Positions 19,008 through 28,701 of a stretch of 64,000 bases of DNA are shown piece by piece. Each line of letters starts with the position of its first letter. Position 1 is the stretch's first letter. The translations under genes and the position numbers were made by a program. The notes under the pieces were generated by a model. It did no database searches. It was not told the origin of the DNA and saw only the letters and a list, made by a program, of their open reading frames with translations. The DNA lies in IMG/VR virus record IMGVR_UViG_3300021379_000006, positions 1 through 64,000 of that record; one strand, 5' to 3'. The stretch comes from a virus.

Positions 19008-19859
19008 ATGCCAAAGTTAATTAAAGAGTCTACCAGACACTATTTGGAGAACGCTCCACTACCATCTCATGGAGATACATATACTGTAATTCCACACAGA
19101 GATGTTATAGAAAATACACTTAACATGCTGAATGCCAGCGGTTTTAATGTTATTAGACAATTATACAGAGCAAATGTTAATGCTAATGTTGCTCAAGGTA
19201 TATATCATATTAAACCTAGCAATCCTATTGATGATAAAATCAAAACGGAAAATGAATTAGGGATGATGTTTGCCTGGACTAACTCATATGATAAAAGCAC
19301 GCGCTTCCAATGTGCTATTGGTGGTTACGTTATGGTATGTCATAATGGTATGGTGGCAGGTGATATGATGTCTTTTGCCAGAAAGCACACAGGATCAGCT
19401 GATTATGAAATTAGAATGCAAATTTCTAATCAAATCAAGAATGCTGAGAAACATTATAGAAAAATCATTGATGATAAAAACAATCTTAGAACTGTTAGTT
19501 TATCAATGAAGGAGCAAGCAGAGTTACTTGGTCGTCTATATGCACAAGAAGAAATTCTTGATGTGTCTCAGATTGTTACTGTGAAAGAAGAAATGGCTAA
19601 ACCTTCTTATGATTATGAAGCTGACCAGGAAAATGCTTGGGCTTTTTACAATCATGTCACACATGCACTTAAAAAGTCACATCCACGTTCTTGGTTAAGT
19701 GATTCTCAAAAGTTCCATGACTTTATTGTTGCAGACCTACTTGGTCAAATGGGTCTTAATACCAAAGATCAAGTAGAAGAGATTGTTGAAAATCAACTAG
19801 ACTTGTTTGATAAAGATATAGAAGAAATTGAAGAATCAAAGTATACCTTTACTATATGA
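19008..19859 (+). CDS. DUF932/DUF945-like phage/plasmid protein
   Basis: YTVIPH, NSYDKS, VCHNGM, RKHTG, AWAFYNHVT motifs. Confidence 0.75.
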   Translation: MPKLIKESTRHYLENAPLPSHGDTYTVIPHRDVIENTLNMLNASGFNVIRQLYRANVNANVAQGIYHIKPSNPIDDKIKTENELGMMFAWTNSYDKSTRFQCAIGGYVMVCHNGMVAGDMMSFARKHTGSADYEIRMQISNQIKNAEKHYRKIIDDKNNLRTVSLSMKEQAELLGRLYAQEEILDVSQIVTVKEEMAKPSYDYEADQENAWAFYNHVTHALKKSHPRSWLSDSQKFHDFIVADLLGQMGLNTKDQVEEIVENQLDLFDKDIEEIEESKYTFTI

Positions 19860-20215
19860 TAGACGTTGCATCATTTATGAAAGAGAACGAGACTCTATTA
19901 AAAGAGTTAAGATCTACATTTGAGAATAATGGAATAGCAATAAAAACATCATTAGGAAGCACAGAGATGCCTTCTGTTGGGTCATCTTTAGTAAATGGTA
20001 TAAAGGGTTTATACTTTAAAGTTAAGTACTCAGACTACTTATCTAGATTTCAAAAGAATCAGATAAAAGATTTATTTCCTATTAAGATAGTAGACAATGA
20101 TGATATATATAGTGCTCATTTACTATCTATATCTGATTACGATTGGGATGATGATAGAGATTGGCCGCCGTCTATACTATTTACACTAACTAAAAATGGT
20201 AAAGACTTGCTATGA
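19856..20215 (+). CDS. Hypothetical protein
   Basis: 119-aa ORF, ATGA overlap. Confidence 0.6.
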   Translation: MIDVASFMKENETLLKELRSTFENNGIAIKTSLGSTEMPSVGSSLVNGIKGLYFKVKYSDYLSRFQKNQIKDLFPIKIVDNDDIYSAHLLSISDYDWDDDRDWPPSILFTLTKNGKDLL

Positions 20216-20280
20216 TTAAAACGGTTTTAATACTCATATTAGGACTAGTTTTAATAAGCCTAGCCGTAAACAATTAGTAT

Positions 20281-20336
20281 AAGAAGGGAACCAACCCCAC
20301 AGTTTTTGCATTTTCTGTGGGCCCTTCTTCTTTTTT
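20281..20336 (+). terminator. Bulged hairpin with T-tract
   Basis: AAGAAGGG..CCCACAG / CTGTGGG CCCTTCTT followed by CTTTTTT. Confidence 0.6.
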
Positions 20337-20350
20337 AAAAACAAAATTAT

Positions 20351-20647
20351 ATGAAACGTCAAATATTTGTAGAAGGCAAACATGATTATGATTATGAAGA
20401 AGTAACAACATCTCAAGGCATATTGCATACTTTATCAAGAAGTCATAGTGAAGAATGGTCTGAAGAACATAGAGGAGAACTTTTATATTCTGTATTAGAC
20501 AATGGTGATGGTTTTAAGTTTGATCAAAAAATCAAAAAAAGAATGGATTATCATGAAGCATTTAGTCTAAGTGTATTATTAAAGAAAATATCTTTTAATG
20601 AGTGCACTGTGGAAATATCAACAATTCCCAAGATTGAAGCTTTATAA
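20351..20647 (+). CDS. Hypothetical protein
   Basis: 98-aa ORF. Confidence 0.65.
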   Translation: MKRQIFVEGKHDYDYEEVTTSQGILHTLSRSHSEEWSEEHRGELLYSVLDNGDGFKFDQKIKKRMDYHEAFSLSVLLKKISFNECTVEISTIPKIEAL

Positions 20648-21045
20648 TGCAGTTAATAACAACACACCCGATCAAAAAGTCAGACCTTGGCTTCCACGCT
20701 AATCTCTTTGGGGGTAAGTTGCTTGCTTGGTTAGACGCTGCAGGCGCTGCTTATGCTATGGAAGTATGTGATACTCCTCGCATGGTAACAGTAATGATAG
20801 ATAAGTGTATCTTTAAGAAGCCAGCCAAAGAAGGTCAGCTCATAAAGATATATGGTAAGGTTGTTCATGTAGGTAATACATCTATTACATTCTATTTAGA
20901 AGCTAGGGCACATAATGTGTATTCTGGTAACCAGACTGTAGTATTACAAACTAATATTAGATTTGTAAGAATAGATGAGAACGGGGATCCTGTCCCCATA
21001 TCACAGAGAGTAAAGGATAAGTATGGACAAAACGAATTGGAATAA
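20647..21045 (+). CDS. Hot-dog fold acyl-CoA thioesterase (YciA-like)
   Basis: DLGFHANLFGGKLLAWLD, FKKPA, VGNTS, FVRIDENGDPVP. Confidence 0.88.
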   Translation: MQLITTHPIKKSDLGFHANLFGGKLLAWLDAAGAAYAMEVCDTPRMVTVMIDKCIFKKPAKEGQLIKIYGKVVHVGNTSITFYLEARAHNVYSGNQTVVLQTNIRFVRIDENGDPVPISQRVKDKYGQNELE

Positions 21046-21133
21046 ATGTAACTCTTGTGGTAAACCTATACCGCCGGGACTAAGAATGACTAAAATTTGT
21101 CCTGAGTGTTTAATTAAAAGACCTAAAAAATGA
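21023..21133 (+). CDS. Small zinc-ribbon protein (36 aa, not in track)
   Basis: MDKTNWNKCNSCGKPIPPGLRMTKICPECLIKRPKK, two CxxC motifs. Confidence 0.5.
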   Translation: MDKTNWNKCNSCGKPIPPGLRMTKICPECLIKRPKK

Positions 21134-21202
21134 TTGATTGGTTTATTGTTATAACAATCACCGTAGCATTCTTTGGCTATCTAACTTATAAAATGATTAA
21201 AG

Positions 21203-21520
21203 ATGACCGAACAGGAAATACATAAGCTAATGGAAGTGCAGTATCTAAAAGGACGATTAGATGAACTACATAAAGCACTACCCACTATAACAAACTTAGA
21301 AAGATCTAGAAAGATAGATCAGCGTATTGATAAGTATTACAAAAAACTAAAGAATACGTCAGAGGAGGCGTACCATCTATATCAGGTGGAAAGAATAAAT
21401 AGTAAACTATCAAAGGATAAATCTAAAGCTTTTATGAAAGCATTGCTCCAGGAGTTTGTTCCACTAACTAAAGATGAGGAGTTGCTAGATAAATTAAGAA
21501 AACAAATAAATAAGTATTAG
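21203..21520 (+). CDS. Hypothetical protein
   Basis: 105-aa helical ORF. Confidence 0.6.
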   Translation: MTEQEIHKLMEVQYLKGRLDELHKALPTITNLERSRKIDQRIDKYYKKLKNTSEEAYHLYQVERINSKLSKDKSKAFMKALLQEFVPLTKDEELLDKLRKQINKY

Positions 21521-21521
21521 T

Positions 21522-21941
21522 ATGAATAATTACGATCCCTTTGGAAATCACTTTGAAGATAATCCATCTTCTGTAGATTCAGTGAGAGATGAGCAGAGCC
21601 CTCAATACGGAGACCCTGTCGCCATCTGTGAAGCAAAGTATCCTGAGACAACTGCCGAGTTTAAAAAGATTCAGCAGGCACAGTATGAATTGTTCTGTAA
21701 GAAACAACTAGACTATGGTCCGGAGAATATAACTCTTGGTAAAGACACAGAGAAAGCTGAGAACCGTAAGTTGAGTCTAATGGGTTTGTGGTTTAGAATG
21801 AATGACAAGATCCAACGCATCTTGAATATCGTCAACAACCAAGTTGAACCTAATAATGAGAGTCTTGAAGATTCGTGGACTGACCTATCAAACTACTCAA
21901 TCATCTCTATCTTAGTTCATCGTGGAAAGTGGGCTAAGTAA
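21522..21941 (+). CDS. DUF1599 / nucleotide-modification-associated domain 1 protein
   Basis: KKQLDYG, RMNDKIQR, ESLEDSWTDLSNY. Confidence 0.8.
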   Translation: MNNYDPFGNHFEDNPSSVDSVRDEQSPQYGDPVAICEAKYPETTAEFKKIQQAQYELFCKKQLDYGPENITLGKDTEKAENRKLSLMGLWFRMNDKIQRILNIVNNQVEPNNESLEDSWTDLSNYSIISILVHRGKWAK

Positions 21942-21960
21942 TCGTTAATCAATAAACGTA

Positions 21961-22110
21961 ATGAAAGTAGAAGTATACAGTATGGATCGTTGGTACATAA
22001 CACCCGCAATCGTACATTATAATGACTTTGATTGGCACGGATATAATAGTATAGACCTCGTCTGGTTAAAATGGGGCATTGGTATTATATGGAATAAGAA
22101 AGGGGAGTAA
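21961..22110 (+). CDS. Small hypothetical protein (not in track)
   Basis: MKVEVYSMDRWYITPAI...WLKWGIGIIW; ends at the terminator. Confidence 0.5.
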   Translation: MKVEVYSMDRWYITPAIVHYNDFDWHGYNSIDLVWLKWGIGIIWNKKGE

Positions 22111-22126
22111 TTACACTCCCCTCTTC
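22098..22126. terminator. Hairpin between convergent blocks, likely bidirectional terminator
   Basis: AGGGGAGT-AATTAC-ACTCCCCT. Confidence 0.65.
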
Positions 22127-22149
22127 AAACTAGATAACTCTTATTAAGA

Positions 22150-22680
22150 TTAAACCTCTATCAAATTAAATTTATATTTTTTTCCTGAAGTATTATTAAT
22201 TAAGAATAAATTTTCATCTCCTTCTTGGAATGTCCAAGAACCTCTTGTACCATCTACACTATTTGCTGATTTATTAATATTACTTAAATGTAAATCACCT
22301 GTTTGAAGTTCTTGTGTTTTAATCACATTACCTTCAGAACTAATAGTTGCATCACCCAAATAAATAGTATTAGATGATAAATATAAATCTCTAAATTTAT
22401 ATTCAGCACTACCAAGATCATATGTAGAATTTGTATCAGGTATAATAGCTGTGTTTAGATTACTATTAAGATATGAAGCAACATCCGTGTCTCCATAACT
22501 TGATCCACCACCTATAAAAGCAGCAAGATCAGAAACTCTAACAAGTTTCATCTCAATAGCATCAGGTTCTCCTATTGCCGTGTTTGATTTATCTACACCA
22601 ATAGGAATCATATCTTTTCCTTTTGGTGTAGCAAATTTTTTTCTTTTAAATAAACCTAATAAGTCTTGTAATATATTCAT
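22150..22680 (-). CDS. Putative virion / tail-fibre-associated protein
   Basis: YDLGSAEYKFRDLYL and GDLHLSN...GSWTFQEG...GKKYKF resemble phage fibre C-terminal modules; shared N-terminal module. Confidence 0.6.
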   Translation of the reverse strand: MNILQDLLGLFKRKKFATPKGKDMIPIGVDKSNTAIGEPDAIEMKLVRVSDLAAFIGGGSSYGDTDVASYLNSNLNTAIIPDTNSTYDLGSAEYKFRDLYLSSNTIYLGDATISSEGNVIKTQELQTGDLHLSNINKSANSVDGTRGSWTFQEGDENLFLINNTSGKKYKFNLIEV

Positions 22681-22684
22681 AAGT

Positions 22685-22996
22685 TCATCCTTTTTTCCAT
22701 TTAGTACTCTTAGACTTTGTTTTACTAGGAGACCATTTTACTTTGTCAGCCCAATAAGCTGCAGACATTTTACCCTTTTTAATGTTCTTAGCATGTCTGC
22801 TTTTAAAAGCTTTGCGCTGTCCTACAGTTTGATTAGTCTTAACACCTTGCTGACCAAAACGTATAGTCTTAACCTTATCACCTTCCTTAGCCACAACAAT
22901 ATGTGACTTAGTAGGGTGAGAAGGGGTTCTCTTAGGTTTATTATACCCAGAGACCCCTGCTCTTGTTAATCTACTATCTTTTTTCTTTTGAGCCAT
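22685..22996 (-). CDS. Small highly basic phage protein
   Basis: K/R-rich; KTIRFGQQG...FKSRH...SAAYWA..KW pattern. Confidence 0.75.
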   Translation of the reverse strand: MAQKKKDSRLTRAGVSGYNKPKRTPSHPTKSHIVVAKEGDKVKTIRFGQQGVKTNQTVGQRKAFKSRHAKNIKKGKMSAAYWADKVKWSPSKTKSKSTKWKKG

Positions 22997-22999
22997 TTA

Positions 23000-25900
23000 T
23001 TAGTTTCTTGGATCTAATAATCGTACATCATCAGCGTCTAATGAATCACAAGTTACATCAACAACACTCAAATGAGCTTTTACAATTTCAAGAGCTGAAT
23101 TACCAGATACCTGAATTTCAAGTGTATTTCCATGTGGAATAGGCCCAGTAGTATATGTATAAGTACGACTAAAATCAAGCTCACTAACACTATACTGAGA
23201 ATCATTCCATTCTATTAAACCAGCAGGTGCTGATTGAGAGTTTTGAACAACTCTATAATCAAACCCTTTTACACCAGTACCATTTGTACCATTATCAGAT
23301 AATTGAACAGTCCATGTTAATACATATCTTCTGTCTTCATTGGAATTATTTCTAAATCCTAATGGGAAATTAGGTGTTCCTTGACCAATTACAAAAAACC
23401 CACTTTGTAAAGTTTGTGCACCATTCGGTTGGAAATTCACACCAAACATACATGCTTCACCAGAATCAGGTAAAGTAACAGTTTTTACATTAACACCTGT
23501 AACGTGACCAGTTGCATTAGTTGTTACACTATCTACAGCAGTAAATGTTCCTGCATGAGCAGGTGCTGCACTAGAAGTACTATCACTTCTTGTAGTAGAA
23601 TCATGATTTACAGTACCACCTGCTTCAGTTAAATAAGTACCAAAGGTATATGAAGAACCACCACCTGCGGCATCAATTGTAAATACATTTGATCCATTAT
23701 CAGTTAACGTAATATTGGTACCAGCTTGTACTGTTACTACATCATTAGTAGAATCTGAACCACCCAAAGCAATAGCAATGTTACCTGTACCTGGAAGTTC
23801 AGCAGCACCTAAGTCATATGTAGTGTTAGTATCTATACCACCTGTGGCATCAATTGTAACTTGATTAGAACCATTATCACTTAATGTAATATTAGTACCT
23901 GCAACTAATGTGAAACCAGTTGCTGTACCATCTGATCCATCTAATGTAATATCAACATCATTACCATTTTGTGCTGAACCTGCAACATAAGTAGTATCTG
24001 TATCAAGTAAATCTGATAAATCCAAATCAAATGTAGTAGCATCATCTCTTGTGAATGTAGCAATACCTGTGCTTCCATTTAATGTACCACTAACTAATCT
24101 AGCAAGATTCGTATCATCTAAGTAAAGACTTAAATCAATGTCAGTATCAGCACCATTTTCGTCAGTGTAAGTAAGAACATTTGCATTAATACTTAGACTT
24201 GTTACTGTTTCTGGAACATTAGCGTAAGTAGATAAATCAATGCTACCAGTAAAAGCATTACCAATGCCAGTAAAGTCTAAACTATTAGCATTTAAGACCA
24301 CATTACTGATGTAGTCAATGTCATTAGTATCAGTTACAGTGTTAGTAATAAATACTTTTTTCTGAAGAGTATTTGTTTGCAATTGAATTCCAGCACCCGC
24401 AACAAATTCTAATGTATCTGTTGTAGTGTTAGCTGTAATTGTTTGTTGACCTGCAACAGCAATATTAGCCCATAAGTTTTGATCTGGATTATCATAGTCA
24501 GATAAATCAACATTAGTTACACTACCGTTCTCATCTGAATAAAGAAGCAAATCACCACTTCTTGATAATGATGTAACTGTTTCTGTATCTGCTAAAGCAG
24601 CAAGGTTAATACTACCATTAAAACCACCATTAGATCCAGTAAAGTCTAATACACTAGTATTAGAATCAAAAGTTACATTTGTAATAACACCATCAGCACC
24701 AGTTCCTGAAGCAGGAAGAGTAACAGTCTTAACGTTTACATTAGTTACTTGACCTTTACTGTTTGTGGTAATATCATCAATTACAGTAAATGAATCCGTA
24801 TGACTTGGAGTTGCTGTACTAGAACTATTAGTTCTTGTAACATCTGTTAAACTAAACTCATTAGTATTAAGATCTAAACCATCTCCTGCTGTATAAACTG
24901 CGGAACCACTGGCAGGCATTGTAAATGTTTTTGTGTCATAACCAGTGATATGACCATAAGCATCGTGGGTAATATCAACAATAGCATCAAATGTACCACT
25001 GTGTGATAAAATAGTAGAACTTGTAGCTGGTGTAGTTGTAGTTGTTTGGTGAGATATAGTAACTGTTCCCGCAACACCATTAACGCTTACAAGCATTTTA
25101 TCACCAGCAACAATATCAGATAGTGCCATACCGCCGCTACCACCTAGTGCTGAAAGATCTACTGTTCCAGAGAATCCATTACCTACTCCAGTAAACTGAA
25201 GATCAGTTCCTGAAAGTTGTACATCAGAAACGTAATCAATATCATTTGTATCTGTATCGGCAAGACTTGATAAATCAATACTAATAGTGCTTGCATCATC
25301 TCTAGTTAAGATTAGCTCTGTACCAGACAGTGCACCACTTATAATTCTTGCTAAGTTTGTATCATCCAACAATGAACTTAGATCAATAGTTCCTGTAAAT
25401 GCGTCAACTGTACCTGTAAATTCTAAGTCAGTACCATTTAAAGCTACTTGACTAATATAGCCATCAGCACCAGCAAGAGGCATAATACTAATAATACCTT
25501 CCTCATCAACATGACCTAAAATATTTTGATCAGGGTTATATGCAACATCAGTAATTGTTTCATCAAATCCAATACTATTACCACTTGCATCAACAAGACA
25601 TTCTTCTTTACCTGCCATGTCTAAAGTAACAATTGCTTGTGCCGATTGAGGAGCCCAACCAGTACCTTTTTGCTGACCTTCAATCCAAGGAATTACAAAT
25701 TGATCTGCACCTTGCATTCTAACTTCTAAACTTCTGCTATCAATGGTACAAATAAGATCTGGATCACCTGTTGCTGGTGCAGCTGCAGGATTAGTAAAGC
25801 TTACAATATCTTTATTCCAGCTTTGTGAAGCATCATCCCAATTTGAAATGTAACCAAATGAACCAGAAGGTAAATTATCAAACTCAGTTCTTTCCATGTA

Positions 25901-27268
25901 ATAACCACCACCGGCTATTGTTGTCATAGATGAGTTAAGATAAATTGTAAATGGATCAGCTAAAGGTGGATTAAATGTAACGTATCCTGGATTACTAAAT
26001 GCTGTTGCTAAAGCTTTAGGATCATCAATTGGCTCATTTGCAAAACTCAAACCAGAACCTGACATAACAGGTGTTTGAATTGTTTGACCAACTACATCGG
26101 GGTGAACATATACAGTTGCATACACAGCTCCTTGTCCACCTTGTTTAATTGCATCTGAAGATGAGCTCCATACTATTTGTATAGGAACACCAGGACCACC
26201 ATCATCACCAGTAGATCCTTGTGTAGGATTTAAATTAGGTGTTGTTCCATCCCAAGGAAGGCAATTAACTCCTAAAAATTCAATATTACAAGGATTAAAA
26301 TACTGAGCATTATAGTTAATCCAAGGATCAGCTTTATCTGCAGTAAATAAACCAAATGGTTTTTTACCAGGTGAATATAAAATTGTTTCTAAGGCGTATC
26401 TTCTATTATTATTGTTAAGGTCAAGCCAACTCATGTATATTTCATCAGTAGCTTGGTTAAATATTAATTGACCAGCTCCTGCCTGTGTTAAACCTGGATC
26501 TGTTGTATAAATTACTTCATATTCTGCTTTATCTACACCGTTTACACCAGTGCCAGAACCACCACCAGTTGAATTATTTACATAGTCAATAATTGCAGCT
26601 ACGGTTGCTAAAGATTCATCATTATCTTGTGATAATAAACCTTCAGCTTCATTAACAACATTCACTAGGTTTTCACCATCCATTCTAAGTGCACCAGAAA
26701 TATTGGCATCTCGTGTAGCCATATCTTCACCAAAAGTTGACCACAAACCGCGTGCATCATTCCATGCCCAAGTTTTAATACCGGCAGGAACAACTACTTC
26801 AATACCAGAATCAAGAGGAGCACCAGTAGAGTTAATACGGAAAATATTATCAGCTACCTGTACTACAGTTGACTCAACAATAGTTTGAGTACCTAATACT
26901 AATAAGTCACCTTCAAGCACGGTGTTACCACTAACTCTAAAGTCACCACTTACCAAACCTTCAGTTGCTCCTGCGTCTTGACTAAAGATCGAATCAACCA
27001 TAGTTTGAACATTACAGTTTGTTGGATCTGTTTCATCCCACATTGGCAATGTATATCTCGTACCCGTCCCTTGTACTAGGCCAGTAATAATCTCACACTT
27101 TAAATCATCAAATCTAATAGCATGAGGTGTCATTTTAGGTGAATAAAGTGGATTACCCACACTGCTAGGTTTAGTTCTACCGAACTCAAACCAGTCTCTT
27201 TTGAGGTCTAATGTCTTTTTGTTTTGCTTTCTTTCAAGCAAACTCAAGACTTCTTGTATAAAATTCAT
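23000..27268 (-). CDS. Long tail fibre / receptor-binding protein
   Basis: 1422 aa, rich in T/G/D/S, with several internal repeat families. Confidence 0.8.
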   Translation of the reverse strand: MNFIQEVLSLLERKQNKKTLDLKRDWFEFGRTKPSSVGNPLYSPKMTPHAIRFDDLKCEIITGLVQGTGTRYTLPMWDETDPTNCNVQTMVDSIFSQDAGATEGLVSGDFRVSGNTVLEGDLLVLGTQTIVESTVVQVADNIFRINSTGAPLDSGIEVVVPAGIKTWAWNDARGLWSTFGEDMATRDANISGALRMDGENLVNVVNEAEGLLSQDNDESLATVAAIIDYVNNSTGGGSGTGVNGVDKAEYEVIYTTDPGLTQAGAGQLIFNQATDEIYMSWLDLNNNNRRYALETILYSPGKKPFGLFTADKADPWINYNAQYFNPCNIEFLGVNCLPWDGTTPNLNPTQGSTGDDGGPGVPIQIVWSSSSDAIKQGGQGAVYATVYVHPDVVGQTIQTPVMSGSGLSFANEPIDDPKALATAFSNPGYVTFNPPLADPFTIYLNSSMTTIAGGGYYMERTEFDNLPSGSFGYISNWDDASQSWNKDIVSFTNPAAAPATGDPDLICTIDSRSLEVRMQGADQFVIPWIEGQQKGTGWAPQSAQAIVTLDMAGKEECLVDASGNSIGFDETITDVAYNPDQNILGHVDEEGIISIMPLAGADGYISQVALNGTDLEFTGTVDAFTGTIDLSSLLDDTNLARIISGALSGTELILTRDDASTISIDLSSLADTDTNDIDYVSDVQLSGTDLQFTGVGNGFSGTVDLSALGGSGGMALSDIVAGDKMLVSVNGVAGTVTISHQTTTTTPATSSTILSHSGTFDAIVDITHDAYGHITGYDTKTFTMPASGSAVYTAGDGLDLNTNEFSLTDVTRTNSSSTATPSHTDSFTVIDDITTNSKGQVTNVNVKTVTLPASGTGADGVITNVTFDSNTSVLDFTGSNGGFNGSINLAALADTETVTSLSRSGDLLLYSDENGSVTNVDLSDYDNPDQNLWANIAVAGQQTITANTTTDTLEFVAGAGIQLQTNTLQKKVFITNTVTDTNDIDYISNVVLNANSLDFTGIGNAFTGSIDLSTYANVPETVTSLSINANVLTYTDENGADTDIDLSLYLDDTNLARLVSGTLNGSTGIATFTRDDATTFDLDLSDLLDTDTTYVAGSAQNGNDVDITLDGSDGTATGFTLVAGTNITLSDNGSNQVTIDATGGIDTNTTYDLGAAELPGTGNIAIALGGSDSTNDVVTVQAGTNITLTDNGSNVFTIDAAGGGSSYTFGTYLTEAGGTVNHDSTTRSDSTSSAAPAHAGTFTAVDSVTTNATGHVTGVNVKTVTLPDSGEACMFGVNFQPNGAQTLQSGFFVIGQGTPNFPLGFRNNSNEDRRYVLTWTVQLSDNGTNGTGVKGFDYRVVQNSQSAPAGLIEWNDSQYSVSELDFSRTYTYTTGPIPHGNTLEIQVSGNSALEIVKAHLSVVDVTCDSLDADDVRLLDPRN

Positions 27269-27284
27269 AATTATCTAGTTTATA

Positions 27285-27527
27285 TTATCGTTTTTTGCCT
27301 TTATGTAATCCATGCTTAGCATGTTGTTTACCTTTTTTAGTTGCAGCTCTTTTCTTTTTATTAGCTGCTGCTAATTTTTTTCTACCTGCTGCAGTACTCT
27401 TAAGTTTAGATATTGTTTTAGATGGAGCATATACTTCACCTGTTTCAGATGACTTTTTACCAGAAGGGGTTCTCCACTTCTGTTTAGTCCATCTATCTAA
27501 ACTTTTTTGTCTCTTGGTTTTAGCCAT
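27285..27527 (-). CDS. Basic protein, C-terminal half of a DUF5872-like protein
   Basis: QKSLDRWTKQKWRT...TGEVYAP. Confidence 0.7.
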   Translation of the reverse strand: MAKTKRQKSLDRWTKQKWRTPSGKKSSETGEVYAPSKTISKLKSTAAGRKKLAAANKKKRAATKKGKQHAKHGLHKGKKR

Positions 27528-27733
27528 TACTTTTTACTTTTATAGCCCCCACCTTTTGCTTTGTACTGTTTAGCAAGCATTTGAGCCTTACGTGCTGACC
27601 ACTGACCAGGACGCCCACCTTTACTACCAGCTTTAATTCTTTCAAACAAAGCTTTACGCATTCCAGGTTTTGTATAATTACCTGATGCGTTAACAGTACT
27701 TTTCTTTTTGGTTGTTTTTTTCTTTGCAGGCAT
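27527..27733 (-). CDS. Basic protein, N-terminal half of a DUF5872-like protein
   Basis: YTKPGMRK...KGGRPGQWSARKAQMLAKQYKAKGGGY. Confidence 0.75.
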   Translation of the reverse strand: MPAKKKTTKKKSTVNASGNYTKPGMRKALFERIKAGSKGGRPGQWSARKAQMLAKQYKAKGGGYKSKK

Positions 27734-27735
27734 AA

Positions 27736-28701
27736 TTATAATTTATTTATAAAGAAGATTACATCTCCTATTTTAATATCACCACCGTCTGCTCCAATAT
27801 TAACTTGCAATCCATCTGAAACTAGATCTTCATCTACATAGAATTGGAACATCTCATGAAAGTTTTGAATAGTCTCATTCCCTTTATAGAAGCCTATACT
27901 CTTTCCTAAACGAGCATAATCACCTTGAGCTGTAAATGCTATATCAACATGAGTTTGATTTGCATTTGCTGCAGATGACTTAAATACTACAGTAAATGTA
28001 TATACATGATTTAAATCTGAGTTAGTAAACTCAAACTTACCAATTGCTTGATTAAAATTTGGAGTAGTTCCTTGACTTACAACAGTCGGACTAGTCATTG
28101 GTTGAACAAAAGCACCATCGGTTATAGTTACAAAAGCATCACCATCAAAAGATGATGCACCATTGTAACGGGCCCAGTTAATTGCAGAACCACTAGACTG
28201 ACTAGAGCATACTATATCTATTTCTTGATCCCCTTCTGTTATAGTAACCGAGTTATCAGATGAAGTTAATGTTCTAAACCTAAGATTCTCACCAACTTTA
28301 TTTTCAAATACTCTTGATCCTAAGCCAATGTTTACACCATTGTTTGGTTCACCTGTTGTGGAGATCTCTATTTCATTAGCATTTTTGATAACAGAAATAT
28401 TATTACCTGTTCCACATATGCTCCTTAAATTAATAGAGCAAGACGGATCTGTTGTCTTGCTTGCAAAAATTCCAACTGGATTTGTTCCTGTTCCATTATC
28501 AAGGTTTGTGTATGCACATGTGCTTTCAGATATTAAATCTTTAACCTTAATTAGTTTAACACTTTTATAAGGAATAGGAGATGCAATACCTAACATATCA
28601 GGTTCTTCATGTCTACCAAGCACAACAAGATCATCTGGTGTTGCATCAGTTACAAATTGTTTTCTCTTAAAGAGACTTAATATGTCAGTAAGTATTTGCA
28701 T
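27736..28701 (-). CDS. Putative virion fibre / structural protein
   Basis: Shared N-terminal module; duplicated LRSICG / FRTLTS fibre-like segments; beta-rich C-terminus. Confidence 0.65.
   Translation of the reverse strand: MQILTDILSLFKRKQFVTDATPDDLVVLGRHEEPDMLGIASPIPYKSVKLIKVKDLISESTCAYTNLDNGTGTNPVGIFASKTTDPSCSINLRSICGTGNNISVIKNANEIEISTTGEPNNGVNIGLGSRVFENKVGENLRFRTLTSSDNSVTITEGDQEIDIVCSSQSSGSAINWARYNGASSFDGDAFVTITDGAFVQPMTSPTVVSQGTTPNFNQAIGKFEFTNSDLNHVYTFTVVFKSSAANANQTHVDIAFTAQGDYARLGKSIGFYKGNETIQNFHEMFQFYVDEDLVSDGLQVNIGADGGDIKIGDVIFFINKL

Noticed and set aside
23000-27268. Diversity-generating retroelement targeting the fibre
   Set aside because: No reverse transcriptase in the window and no near-identical repeat pair differing only at adenines; the repeats are diverged protein-level modules
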